Shown here piece by piece: positions 26,367 through 35,344 of a DNA stretch of 36,346 nucleotides; within the stretch, counting starts at the first letter, position 1; each line of letters begins with the position of its first letter. Source of the stretch: a virus (taxonomy: Duplodnaviria; Caudoviricetes); the IMG/VR virus record IMGVR_UViG_3300049192_000032, positions 1 to 36,346 of that record; one strand, given 5' to 3'. Under the pieces are notes generated by a model. The model searched no databases. It was not told the DNA's origin and saw only the letters and a list, made by a program, of their open reading frames with translations. Made by a program: the position numbers and the translations under genes.

Positions 26367-26620
26367 TTGTGGCTGGCGCGGTGGATTACGCCACCGCTAT
26401 GCGACTGCCTTCGTCGGTACTGCTGTTCCTGTACGAGGTGCAGCAGTCCGTCGAACTAGAACGCCGAGCAGCCGCTACAGACGACGGCGCCTGGTCAGTC
26501 ATCGGCGCCAACAGCAAGGAAGGCCACGAGCAGCTGCGCAAGCGCCTGGCCGTCTTGGAAGCGGCCGCAGCAGGCAAAGCGCCCACTAATCCCGAAAACG
26601 TAGAGCGCATCGAACTGTGA
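26276..26620 (+). CDS. Tail assembly chaperone GT extension via -1 frameshift
   Basis: GCA AAA AAA G. The -1 frame is open from the slip site (SPAVSDEASADD...) into the 26369-26620 ORF. Confidence 0.75.
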   Translation, partial: KKSPAVSDEASADDGEQRRALQLDEVVARLIVAGAVDYATAMRLPSSVLLFLYEVQQSVELERRAAATDDGAWSVIGANSKEGHEQLRKRLAVLEAAAAGKAPTNPENVERIEL

Positions 26621-26627
26621 TTATCCA

Positions 26628-29600
26628 ATGTCCGACCTGACACTTTCATTCAAAATCAATGCAAACACTGCTGCCGCGATGCAGCAGATTGCCGCTCTAC
26701 GCCAGGTGCTGCTAGGCATCGGTGCTACGCCGCTTCCAGACCCCACCAAGAACGTCCGTGCTGGCATCGACGCAACCTCGACTAGCTTGGTTGGCCTGAC
26801 CGCCAAGTTGGCCGGCGCAGCTGCCGCAGCTACGGCGTTCGGGGCCGCCATGAAGAAAGGCTTCGATACCAACGCAGAGTCGGAGAACGTTGCCCTTGGC
26901 CTGAAGGGAATCATTGCCTCGCTGCAAGATGTCCGGGACGCCAGTGGCAAGCCAGCCGAAGGCATGGAGCGCCTGAACATTGCTGGCGTTGAGGCAGAGC
27001 GTCAGCTGAAGCTGCTGCGTGTTGCGGGCATGCAGACCAGCGCCGAGTTCAAAGACCTGGCCAAAGCGTTCCAGACTGCGCTTGGAGCAGGCTCCACCGC
27101 AGGTCTCGGTGTCGACCAAATTCGTGAGTTGACCGTCACGCTAACTCTGGCAGCCAGCGCGTTCAACCTTGCCGGTGACCAGCTGTCGTCCGAAATCCGG
27201 GCCATGCTTTCCGGCGACCAAGTCGACAACAGCCAGATTGCCCAAGGTCTGGGTATCAGCGGTGCACAAATCAAGCTGTGGCGTGAGCAAGGCAAGCTGG
27301 TAGAGGAACTGAACAAGCGCCTCAAGCTGTTCAAGATGCTCGGTGACGAAGCTGGCAAGTCGTGGTCCGCTACGCTTTCCAACGTAGCTGACGGCATCTC
27401 TCTGTTCCTAGGCAAAACCACCAAGGGTGCCTTCGATGAAGTCAAGAAGGCACTCCAGGACGCCCTGGGCGGAGTCTTCGACGAGAAGACAGGTGAAATC
27501 AAGGCGCAGTTCCAAGGTTTGGCTGACTTCGCCTCTCAAGTGTTCAGTGGCGTAGGCTCTCTGCTGGCCGACGGCGTGAATGGTGCAGTAGAAGGCGCTA
27601 AGGAGTTCTCTGCTTGGCTGGAAAAGAACAACCAGACCATCGGCGAGATTTTTGATGCTCTTAGCCGCATTGGCCGTGTATTCGCCGGCTTGATTGGCGG
27701 AGCCTCCGACTTCGCCGGAAAGATGACCGAAGCCGGTGACGGTACCAAGTTTGTGCGGGACCTCCTGAACGGAGTCGCCTTGGTTGTGGCTGCCATCGGC
27801 GACCTGACCAAAGGCCTAGCCGGCGCCTTCGCCTATGTTGGCAGCACCGTGGCCAGCATCCTGTTGGACCCGCTCATCGGCGTCTCGCGTGTGCTGTCCC
27901 GAATCACTGGTAAGGACTACTCAGCAGGCCTGGAGAAAATCAAGGCTGAGACGGAGAAGTTCAAGGCCGCGGCCTTCAAGTTTGGCGCCGACGGTTTCAA
28001 ATTCGACGGCGTGAAGAAGGTAGCCGCCGAACTGCAGGCGGCCTATGCTGCCAGCCCCATCAAGGCTCTGGATACCAAGAACAAGACTACCGCTCCCGGC
28101 GGAACCATCAAGACTCCGGCGCGCAAGCCAAGTGAAGATGCCAAGAAGGCCGCTGAGGCCTACCGCGACGCTCTGCGGGCCTACGAGGATGCCAAAGCCG
28201 ATGCCGACAAGAAGATTGCTCAGGTAGCGCGCAATGCCTCGCTGCGTGACCTCGAGACTTCGCTGAAGGAGCGCTTGATTAGCCAGGAGGAGTACCTGAA
28301 GAAGAAGGCAGCGCTGGACCAGAAGGAAGTTGACCAAGAACTCCAGGCAGCCCGCAACAAAGAAGCAGCCATCCAGAAGCAAATCAATGGCACCGCGGAC
28401 AAAGCCAAGAAGAAGAAGCTGGAGGGAGACCTCGAAAAGGTCAAGGCGGACATTCAGGAACTGGAGGACAAGGGCGCTGCCATTCCAGTGATGCTGAAGC
28501 TTCAGCTTGCTGAGTTCAAGGAGCAGGTGGAAAGCCTGCGTATCGACATCAAAGCGAACATCCTTGATGCGCAAGGTCAGCCATTTGACGCGGCTGTCTC
28601 GCGGCTCAAGAAGGAGACCCAGGACCTGTTGAATGACCCACGAGTACGCGGAAACGCCGACATGGAGTCCCTAGTTCGGCAGCAGTCTGCTGACAAACAG
28701 GCCCGCCTAGAACTGGAGCAGGCCAAGCGCCGAATCGACGAAGAGGCCTCGTACTTCTCCTTGGCTCAACAGCGCATCGCCCGTGAAGTGGAGCAAGGCA
28801 AGAAGACTGAGATTGAAGCAGAGAAGGAACTCCAAGCCGAGCGTGAGAAGACCCGCGCGGGCCTTGAGGAGTACATCGCCACCCTGGAGAAGCTGGCCAA
28901 GGCCTATCCGAACAATAAGGAGTTTGTCCTAGCACTGGCCCAGGCCCGTGACCAGCTTGAGCAACTGAACACGACAGTGGACAAGACGGCAACGTCCATC
29001 AACAGGGCATTCGCGGACAGTGTTGTAGACGGGCTACGCCAGATGCGTACCGAAGCGGTAAGCGTCACCGACTTCCTGCGGAACCTGTTCTTCAAGCTGT
29101 TTGATGACATTGCCAACCGCGCGTTGACGGCGTTGGGCGACGAGTTGTTCAAGGGACTTCAGGGCATGAAAGGCGGCGGTATCGGAGGGTTGTTCTCCAG
29201 CCTGTTCAGCGGCGGTGGGGGCGGTTTTGGCAGCATGTTCTCTAGCTTCTTCTCCGGAATGGGCTCGATGTTCGGCTTTGCCGGCGGTGGCCACGTCCAA
29301 GGACCCGGAACTGGTACCAGCGACAGCATCCCTGCTTGGCTGTCGAACGGCGAATTCGTGTTGAAAGCCTCCGCGGTCCGCCGCTGGGGACTCGGCTTCC
29401 TGAATACGCTGAACGCCGGCGTGATGCCGATGGCTCCTCGCTTTGCAGATGGCGGCCTGGTGTCTGTTCTCGGCCAAGGTGGTGGTGGAACACCTAACGT
29501 GACCATGCAGAACAACAACATGGCCCGGCTGTACCTCGACCCGGCACATGTGGCGTCTGAGATTGGCCGTCAGCCTCAGTTTGGGCGCGATGTCATAAAC

Positions 29601-29645
29601 GTCATCCTTGCGAACAAGGGGAAGCTGGGCCTGAGCCGAATCTGA
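26628..29645 (+). CDS. Tape measure protein
   Basis: 1005 aa, Ala/Gly-rich helical, C-terminal FAGGGHVQGPGTGTSDSIPAWLSNGEFV motif. Confidence 0.93.
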   Translation: MSDLTLSFKINANTAAAMQQIAALRQVLLGIGATPLPDPTKNVRAGIDATSTSLVGLTAKLAGAAAAATAFGAAMKKGFDTNAESENVALGLKGIIASLQDVRDASGKPAEGMERLNIAGVEAERQLKLLRVAGMQTSAEFKDLAKAFQTALGAGSTAGLGVDQIRELTVTLTLAASAFNLAGDQLSSEIRAMLSGDQVDNSQIAQGLGISGAQIKLWREQGKLVEELNKRLKLFKMLGDEAGKSWSATLSNVADGISLFLGKTTKGAFDEVKKALQDALGGVFDEKTGEIKAQFQGLADFASQVFSGVGSLLADGVNGAVEGAKEFSAWLEKNNQTIGEIFDALSRIGRVFAGLIGGASDFAGKMTEAGDGTKFVRDLLNGVALVVAAIGDLTKGLAGAFAYVGSTVASILLDPLIGVSRVLSRITGKDYSAGLEKIKAETEKFKAAAFKFGADGFKFDGVKKVAAELQAAYAASPIKALDTKNKTTAPGGTIKTPARKPSEDAKKAAEAYRDALRAYEDAKADADKKIAQVARNASLRDLETSLKERLISQEEYLKKKAALDQKEVDQELQAARNKEAAIQKQINGTADKAKKKKLEGDLEKVKADIQELEDKGAAIPVMLKLQLAEFKEQVESLRIDIKANILDAQGQPFDAAVSRLKKETQDLLNDPRVRGNADMESLVRQQSADKQARLELEQAKRRIDEEASYFSLAQQRIAREVEQGKKTEIEAEKELQAEREKTRAGLEEYIATLEKLAKAYPNNKEFVLALAQARDQLEQLNTTVDKTATSINRAFADSVVDGLRQMRTEAVSVTDFLRNLFFKLFDDIANRALTALGDELFKGLQGMKGGGIGGLFSSLFSGGGGGFGSMFSSFFSGMGSMFGFAGGGHVQGPGTGTSDSIPAWLSNGEFVLKASAVRRWGLGFLNTLNAGVMPMAPRFADGGLVSVLGQGGGGTPNVTMQNNNMARLYLDPAHVASEIGRQPQFGRDVINVILANKGKLGLSRI

Positions 29646-29660
29646 GCCTTGCGCTATACG

Positions 29661-29735
29661 TGTTGTAGTTCTCCTTGTGTGTTGTGTGTGTGGAGGGGGC
29701 TCTCGGTGCAATGCCGGGGGCCCTTTTCTTTTTTC
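29661..29735 (+). ncRNA. Candidate G/U-rich antisense sRNA (sRNA1)
   Basis: GCTATACG motif at 29653, then tgttgtagttctccttgtgtgttgtgtgtgtggag, then an intrinsic terminator at 29697-29735. No RBS/ORF inside. Confidence 0.55.
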
Positions 29736-29797
29736 AGGGGATAAAACTCTGGTGCCTATACGAGATAACACAGCACAACGCACCCTTGGAGAACGCA

Positions 29798-30157
29798 ATG
29801 ACCACCCCCATTCACCACATCAACTACGAGTTCAACAGCACCGGCCTCTCGCCCGCTGAGTGCTCGTTCCATGCCCGCGATGTCCAGGAAGCCCTGGCCG
29901 AGCATTTCGGTCTGCCCTACGACGCTGTGCGCACAAAGTTCGGTCCGAACCTCGAGCCCGTGGACGTGCGCGTGATGCGCTCCGCTGGCAGCACCCACGA
30001 CTACGACCGGAACATTGAAGCCATGAAGGTGGTCATGCCGCTGCTGCAAGACATCCGGTACAAGCCGGCCGTCGTGGCCGACCTTCGCGCTCCTGGCGCT
30101 GGACACAAAGAGGTGCTCATCCAGCTGGTGCGTCCCCCGCAAATCCTGGGGGTGTGA
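29798..30157 (+). CDS. Hypothetical protein
   Basis: Promoter motif at 29752, GGAG RBS, ATG 29798. Confidence 0.7.
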   Translation: MTTPIHHINYEFNSTGLSPAECSFHARDVQEALAEHFGLPYDAVRTKFGPNLEPVDVRVMRSAGSTHDYDRNIEAMKVVMPLLQDIRYKPAVVADLRAPGAGHKEVLIQLVRPPQILGV

Positions 30158-30399
30158 TGGCCGATGAAGCGCAGAAAGACTACGACTTCGTCGTTATACG
30201 AACAAGGAAGTCAGACGGCACGGTGACGACCATCAGCTGCAAGTCGACCGACTACTTCAAGCTGTGCCGCAACTACCCGAACAACACTGACCGACTTCTT
30301 GCCATCCGGTCCGCCAGCACTCGATACGACGATGAGCGCGCCGCCGGCAAGGCGAAGGGAACCCGCAGCGCCTACATCCGAAAAGCGCTGCTGAACTGA
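30154..30399 (+). CDS. Small basic protein, possible DNA-binding (RHH-like tail)
   Basis: Coupled start. C-terminal GTRSAYIRKALL resembles helix B of ribbon-helix-helix proteins. Confidence 0.55.
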   Translation: MMADEAQKDYDFVVIRTRKSDGTVTTISCKSTDYFKLCRNYPNNTDRLLAIRSASTRYDDERAAGKAKGTRSAYIRKALLN

Positions 30400-30434
30400 A
30401 CGACAAGGCGCGACGCCTACGACGCGCTAGACCG

Positions 30435-30553
30435 CCCGACTAACACCTGAAACACGGAAGCATTCGGGAATCACGGTCAGTATCGTAGGAAGTGGTGGTC
30501 CCTCCTTGCCGCCCACTGGAGCCCCTGTAGAAATGCGGGGGCTTCGCCTTTCT
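30435..30553 (+). ncRNA. Candidate anti-Shine-Dalgarno sRNA (sRNA2)
   Basis: GCTAGAC motif at 30425, no convincing ORF, stem agtggtggt/gccgcccact with loop CCCTCCTT (30500-30507), then a terminator-like hairpin at 30518-30552. Confidence 0.45.
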
Positions 30554-30575
30554 GGACCCGCTCTCTAGACGGTGC

Positions 30576-31052
30576 ATGAACACATGCACACAACAACTAG
30601 ACGACGCCCGTGAAGTCCTCAGAGGCTATGGCCCGCTTCCAACTTGGTTGGAGCCGGAACGGCTCGCCTTTGTCCTGCACCTTGATGAGGCTTCGCCCTC
30701 GAACAACACCATCAAGGCGATGCACTTCCGCGCCTACAAGAAGCTGCGGGAGGACTTCTCGGCCAAAGTGAAGGCGGCCTTAGATGATGCGGAGGCTCCC
30801 CATCTGGAGCACTCGGCGCTGTTCATCGTCCGTCGCTCTGCCGGCACGCTGGATTGGGACAACGCCCTGGGCGGCATGAAACCCATCCTCGACTGCCTAG
30901 TGCAGCCATCCGCCCGTAATCCGTCCGGCTTGCACATCGTCCAGGACGACAACCCCAAGAACATGCCTTATCCGCCGTTCATGCGACAGCTACCGGCCAA
31001 ACGAGGGGAAGGCAGCACCGAAATCTACGTGTTCTCAGTGGACCCGGTATAG
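30576..31052 (+). CDS. RusA-like Holliday junction resolvase
   Basis: PSNN, DWDN...KPILD and DDN acidic motifs typical of the RusA fold. Confidence 0.7.
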   Translation: MNTCTQQLDDAREVLRGYGPLPTWLEPERLAFVLHLDEASPSNNTIKAMHFRAYKKLREDFSAKVKAALDDAEAPHLEHSALFIVRRSAGTLDWDNALGGMKPILDCLVQPSARNPSGLHIVQDDNPKNMPYPPFMRQLPAKRGEGSTEIYVFSVDPV

Positions 31053-31074
31053 GCGCTGTTAGCTAGACGGTTGA

Positions 31075-31932
31075 ATGACAACCGCACAACTCTTCCCCGC
31101 ACACCGAGACGCTTCCACCCCTTGCACCGAATTGCTGGAGTGGCTTACTGACGTCCAAATTGCTCTTGACGGCACAGACGACGCCCGTCGGCAGCTTCGC
31201 GCCTATCCGCGGCACACGTACAGCTATGACGTGGTGCTCCCACCGAGTGCCGACAAGTCGCCTCTTGATGCGCTGCGAACGGCGGAGTCGTTCATCGTGC
31301 CGCTCTGGTGCCATGCGTTCCAGCGTCCTGACCTGGAAGCCACGGCAGGAATCGCCACCACCGACCCAAAGACTGTTGCACTAACAGCAACGTCAGAAGG
31401 CGTGTTGTATGACGCGGACGCGTTCACCTGGCCAGACGACTACTACATCGCGGCACCGGCCGCACTGGCTCGACCAGTAGCGGACACCCGCTCGATTGCA
31501 TACATCACCAAGACCGCGCAGAAGTCCAGCGTTTCATTCCGCCTGCTCGACTTTAAAGAAGTTGTAGAGGACTACGACGGACCAACGGTCGATGGGCTTC
31601 CCAGCCTGGACACCTTCACGCCTTACTGGAATGAGCCAGCAGAGGAAGTGACTGAGGTTGCTGACAAGTTCGACGAGGGCCATCTGACGCTCTATGACCT
31701 GCACTACTTCCAGCGTTCGTTTTCGCTGTCGCTGACCTTGCCATCGCGTGAGGTCATCGAGGAATTTCGCCGCCTCTTGTTCGCCCTTAAAGGTCGTCTG
31801 AATCCGCTGTCCTGGACGGCTCCGCAAGACGAAGACCCGACCACTTGGCGCCTGGCCAGCGATGGCGTCGAACTGACGTTCCTGCGCCCCAACTTCGCGA
31901 CTTGCAAGCTGTCGCTCATCCAACTTACGTGA
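31075..31932 (+). CDS. Putative distal tail / minor tail protein
   Basis: ELLEWLTDV...RRQLRAYPR and LKGRL motifs, first gene of the tail-tip cluster. Confidence 0.7.
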   Translation: MTTAQLFPAHRDASTPCTELLEWLTDVQIALDGTDDARRQLRAYPRHTYSYDVVLPPSADKSPLDALRTAESFIVPLWCHAFQRPDLEATAGIATTDPKTVALTATSEGVLYDADAFTWPDDYYIAAPAALARPVADTRSIAYITKTAQKSSVSFRLLDFKEVVEDYDGPTVDGLPSLDTFTPYWNEPAEEVTEVADKFDEGHLTLYDLHYFQRSFSLSLTLPSREVIEEFRRLLFALKGRLNPLSWTAPQDEDPTTWRLASDGVELTFLRPNFATCKLSLIQLT

Positions 31933-31939
31933 GGGACTG

Positions 31940-32728
31940 ATGCTCTACCTGTACCGTTTTTCGCAGTATTCGCAGCCGAACGCCCAAGGTACGTTGGTGG
32001 CGGAATGGGCCCAAACCAGCTACGAGGACCAGGTCTACGTGGCGGACCACGACCTGACCTACGAACCAACGGCCATCACGCACGGAGAAGTTTCGTACTC
32101 CGGCGAGCAGGTGTCCGGCACGCTGACGCTTCGTGTGGCTCGTGACCATCCGGTAGCCGTGAAGTTCTTGCCGGGCTACCCGTCGTCGAGTGTCTACCTC
32201 CGCGTGTTTGAGATGGACGACCCATCAGACACGCCACAAGTTGTTTGGCGCGGCCGCATCCGGGCTTGTGAGTTCGACCAGCTGACCGCCTCGCTGACCT
32301 GCACCAATGGCCTGGAGAAGCTTGGACGCCTGGCCCTGTCCATCACGCACCCAACGACGTGTCAGTGGGAGTTGTACGGCACTCGCTGCGGGGTGAACCA
32401 GGCCACCTACACGCGCACCGGAACCATCTCCGCCATCTCGACCGATGGCTTGACGCTGACCACCACCCTCTCCGAGGTTAACAACTGGTTCAAGGCGGGC
32501 CTTGTTGAAGTCAACGGGCAGCTACGGACCTGCATCGGCAACACCGGCGGTGCGCTCTTGCTGAATGCGCCGTTCTTCGGAATCAGCGTCGGCGATGGCG
32601 TCAGCGCAGCAAAGGGCTGTGACAAGTCATCTAGCGCCACCAGCGGATGCAAGTCATTCAGCAACTACACGCACTTCTCCGGCGATGAACTGCCGGACCC
32701 GAAAAACTACTTCGCCACCGGGCTCTAA
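31940..32728 (+). CDS. Lambda gpL-like / DUF2163-BR0599-family tail hub protein
   Basis: VVWRGRI, CQWELYGTRCGV and GCDKS...CKSFSN..HFSG Cys cluster. Confidence 0.82.
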   Translation: MLYLYRFSQYSQPNAQGTLVAEWAQTSYEDQVYVADHDLTYEPTAITHGEVSYSGEQVSGTLTLRVARDHPVAVKFLPGYPSSSVYLRVFEMDDPSDTPQVVWRGRIRACEFDQLTASLTCTNGLEKLGRLALSITHPTTCQWELYGTRCGVNQATYTRTGTISAISTDGLTLTTTLSEVNNWFKAGLVEVNGQLRTCIGNTGGALLLNAPFFGISVGDGVSAAKGCDKSSSATSGCKSFSNYTHFSGDELPDPKNYFATGL

Positions 32729-32731
32729 GAA

Positions 32732-35344
32732 ATGGATTTCCTCTCGTACCTGCTGCAGTTCTTCCTGTCGCAGCTTCTCGCCGAACTGTTCCGGCCGAAG
32801 CCGAAAATCTCTCGTCCCGCCGCTGTTGGCCTGAAAGAGTTGGCTTCTCCGACAGCTGACGAGAACCGCTGCCTGCCCTGGTTGATTGGTCGCGCTAAGC
32901 AAGACGCGCCCAACCTCACCGGTACATTCGACTACTTCGCCAACCCGCGGTCCAAGAACATCCGGAACGGGCTTGGCTCTTCGTACTCGCAGCCGCTAGG
33001 CTACGACTACTACCTCGGCATGAGCATGACCCTGTGCGCAGGTTCAGGCGTGCGCCTGCGCGAAATCTGGGCGGGCACGGGTGACGATGCCGTGAAGATT
33101 TGGTCGGGCAACGTGACCACAGGCGGAACCATCTCGCTTAACTATCGCAAGTACGACAAGTCAGACAACGACCACGACTATCCGATGGGCTTCCAGGGTG
33201 TCGTCGAGTTCTACTCCGGCCACACCACCCCCTCGCCGTACCTCGTCGCTAAGCAAGGCGCCGGCAACGTGCCGTCGTGGCCTCACGCCACGTACGTCGT
33301 TCTGCGCGGTGCCTCGACCTCCAGCGGGATGTGGGTCGGCACGACTGGCCAAATGCTGCCGCTGTCGTTCGTCATCGAGCGCTTCCCTGACGCTGCCACA
33401 TACAACCCAGCTGGTGTTTCCCAGCCGGTAGGCGCCTTGAACAACAACGGCACCGATGCCAACGCTGCCTACGTCATCGCTGAACTGCTGACCGATGCCA
33501 CCTTCTGGGCAGGCGAACACCCGGACTTTGTCGACATGACGGCCTTCGGTCAGGCGGCTCTTGGCTGCTCGACAGACGGTCACTACATCGGCACCCTCAT
33601 CGACACGCAACGCACAACCGGTGATGTTGTGCTCGAGTTCTGCCGTCAAATTGGCGGTGTGCTCCAGCCCGACCCGGTGACTGGCCAGCATGCTTTGCGC
33701 CTCATCCGGGCCGGTGATACGCCTGTGCTGGCGCTGGATGACAGCAACGTTGTAGAGGTTGCTTCGTTCTCTCGCAACAGCGTAGACGAGGCAACCAACC
33801 AGCTGTCTGGCAGCTATCTGGACCGCGTCGTATGGCAGAAGCGCCCGCTGACTACGCAACAAGACTTGGCCGCCATCAAGACCGCCGGCAGCATCATTGC
33901 CGGTACGGCTGAGTACTCATCCATCACAGACCCGTCGATGGGCGCAAAGTTGTTGGCCCGTGACCTGCGCGCTTTGTCCTCTCCGCTGGCCAAGGCTCGA
34001 CTGACTGCGATTGTTGAAAAGCGTCAGCGCTTCCTGCCTGGTGACCTGGTGACCTGGACCAACTCTCGCCTCGGGATTGCTGGCCTGGGCATGCGCGTGA
34101 CGTCCGCTCGGTACACCAAGCCTGGCGAGAACCAGTGCGAACTGGAACTGGTTGAGGACGTGTTCGGCGGCGGCCAGAACGTCTACGCCGCACCGCTGCC
34201 GGTTAGCCACGGCCCTGAAAATGTCGGAAGCGAACCGCCTCCATCGGCTCCGCCGGCGGCCATCAGTTCCATGTTGGATGGCACGTTCATCACTTCCGCA
34301 CCCTATGCCCTGACCGGAGATAACGCAGACCACGGCCTGGCAATGTGCTTCCCGCCAAGCAGCGATGCGCGAACCTACGACATCAACTGGTACGTGAACA
34401 GCGACCCGACTGTCCTGTACCAGGCGGAGCGCAAGAACATCAATTTCAGTGTGTACGGCACGCTTGCAATAGCCTTGTCCGCAAGTGGAACGCCTGCATC
34501 CATCACGCTGAACGTGAACGCTGCCAACGCTGCGGCGCTGGCTCGGGTTCAGAGCCGGTCAGTCTTCGTGTCCATCGGTTTCCACAACAGTACCCTCGGC
34601 ACGAGTGAAATGCTCCAGGTTGGCAGCTTCACGCTGACCTCTGGCGGTACCCAGTGCGTGCTGGCTGGCATCACCCGCGGCATCTGGGATACGTGGCCAC
34701 GTGAGTTCGCGGTGAACACTCCGGTGTACATCTGGCTCGACTTCCAAGTCGACGAAATCCCGCTGGCCACCAACATCTACAGCACCTCCCTGACCCTGGT
34801 TGAGAAGTACTCAGGCCAGTCCGCTGTCGGCCTCAAGTCGATGGCACACAACATCCTGGGTGACTCCCCGCTGTCAGGCGCAGTGGACCTTATCCGTGGT
34901 TCGGATGGCTTCTCGTCCGGCGGTCTCAGCTATGCCCGCTCGGCGTATCCGTACGGCCCAGGGAACATCAAACTGAACGGTGTTTTGGGTGGAAGCCTGT
35001 CCACTCCCGCAACTGGTGTGAGCGTTCCTAGCGGTGGCGGCCCTGTGACCGTGGCGTTCAATCCGCGCAATCGCATGGCACGTGGACTGTCGCCGTGGGC
35101 AACTGGTGATGGCCTTGCTGAACCCAATGTAGTCCACGAAGTTTCGATGTACCGCTTCAATGGCACGGGCTGGGACTTCCTCACGGCAGTGGTTGCGGGA
35201 GTGGGAGCCACCAGCGCAACGCTCACGTTCCCAAGCGGAATTCCGCGTCCGGCCAAGGTGCGAATTGACATCACAGCCCAACGTCCATCGGGCTCCACGT
35301 TCATCGCCAGCGCCCCGCAGTCCTGGTACTGGACGGTGACCTAA
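32732..35344 (+). CDS. Tail tip / central tail protein (gpJ-like)
   Basis: PTADENRCLPWLIG, GYDYYLGM, NAAYVIAELLTD, LRLIR, PGDLV...MRV and GITRGIWDT motifs. Confidence 0.85.
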   Translation: MDFLSYLLQFFLSQLLAELFRPKPKISRPAAVGLKELASPTADENRCLPWLIGRAKQDAPNLTGTFDYFANPRSKNIRNGLGSSYSQPLGYDYYLGMSMTLCAGSGVRLREIWAGTGDDAVKIWSGNVTTGGTISLNYRKYDKSDNDHDYPMGFQGVVEFYSGHTTPSPYLVAKQGAGNVPSWPHATYVVLRGASTSSGMWVGTTGQMLPLSFVIERFPDAATYNPAGVSQPVGALNNNGTDANAAYVIAELLTDATFWAGEHPDFVDMTAFGQAALGCSTDGHYIGTLIDTQRTTGDVVLEFCRQIGGVLQPDPVTGQHALRLIRAGDTPVLALDDSNVVEVASFSRNSVDEATNQLSGSYLDRVVWQKRPLTTQQDLAAIKTAGSIIAGTAEYSSITDPSMGAKLLARDLRALSSPLAKARLTAIVEKRQRFLPGDLVTWTNSRLGIAGLGMRVTSARYTKPGENQCELELVEDVFGGGQNVYAAPLPVSHGPENVGSEPPPSAPPAAISSMLDGTFITSAPYALTGDNADHGLAMCFPPSSDARTYDINWYVNSDPTVLYQAERKNINFSVYGTLAIALSASGTPASITLNVNAANAAALARVQSRSVFVSIGFHNSTLGTSEMLQVGSFTLTSGGTQCVLAGITRGIWDTWPREFAVNTPVYIWLDFQVDEIPLATNIYSTSLTLVEKYSGQSAVGLKSMAHNILGDSPLSGAVDLIRGSDGFSSGGLSYARSAYPYGPGNIKLNGVLGGSLSTPATGVSVPSGGGPVTVAFNPRNRMARGLSPWATGDGLAEPNVVHEVSMYRFNGTGWDFLTAVVAGVGATSATLTFPSGIPRPAKVRIDITAQRPSGSTFIASAPQSWYWTVT

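Noticed and set aside
29675-29797. N-terminal extension MCVVCVEG... of the 29675-30157 ORF
   Set aside because: It runs through a terminator and a promoter motif. The RBS-supported start is ATG 29798.
32732-35344. Diversity-generating retroelement or invertible tail-fibre system
   Set aside because: No reverse transcriptase, no template/variable repeat pair and no inverted fibre cassettes seen.
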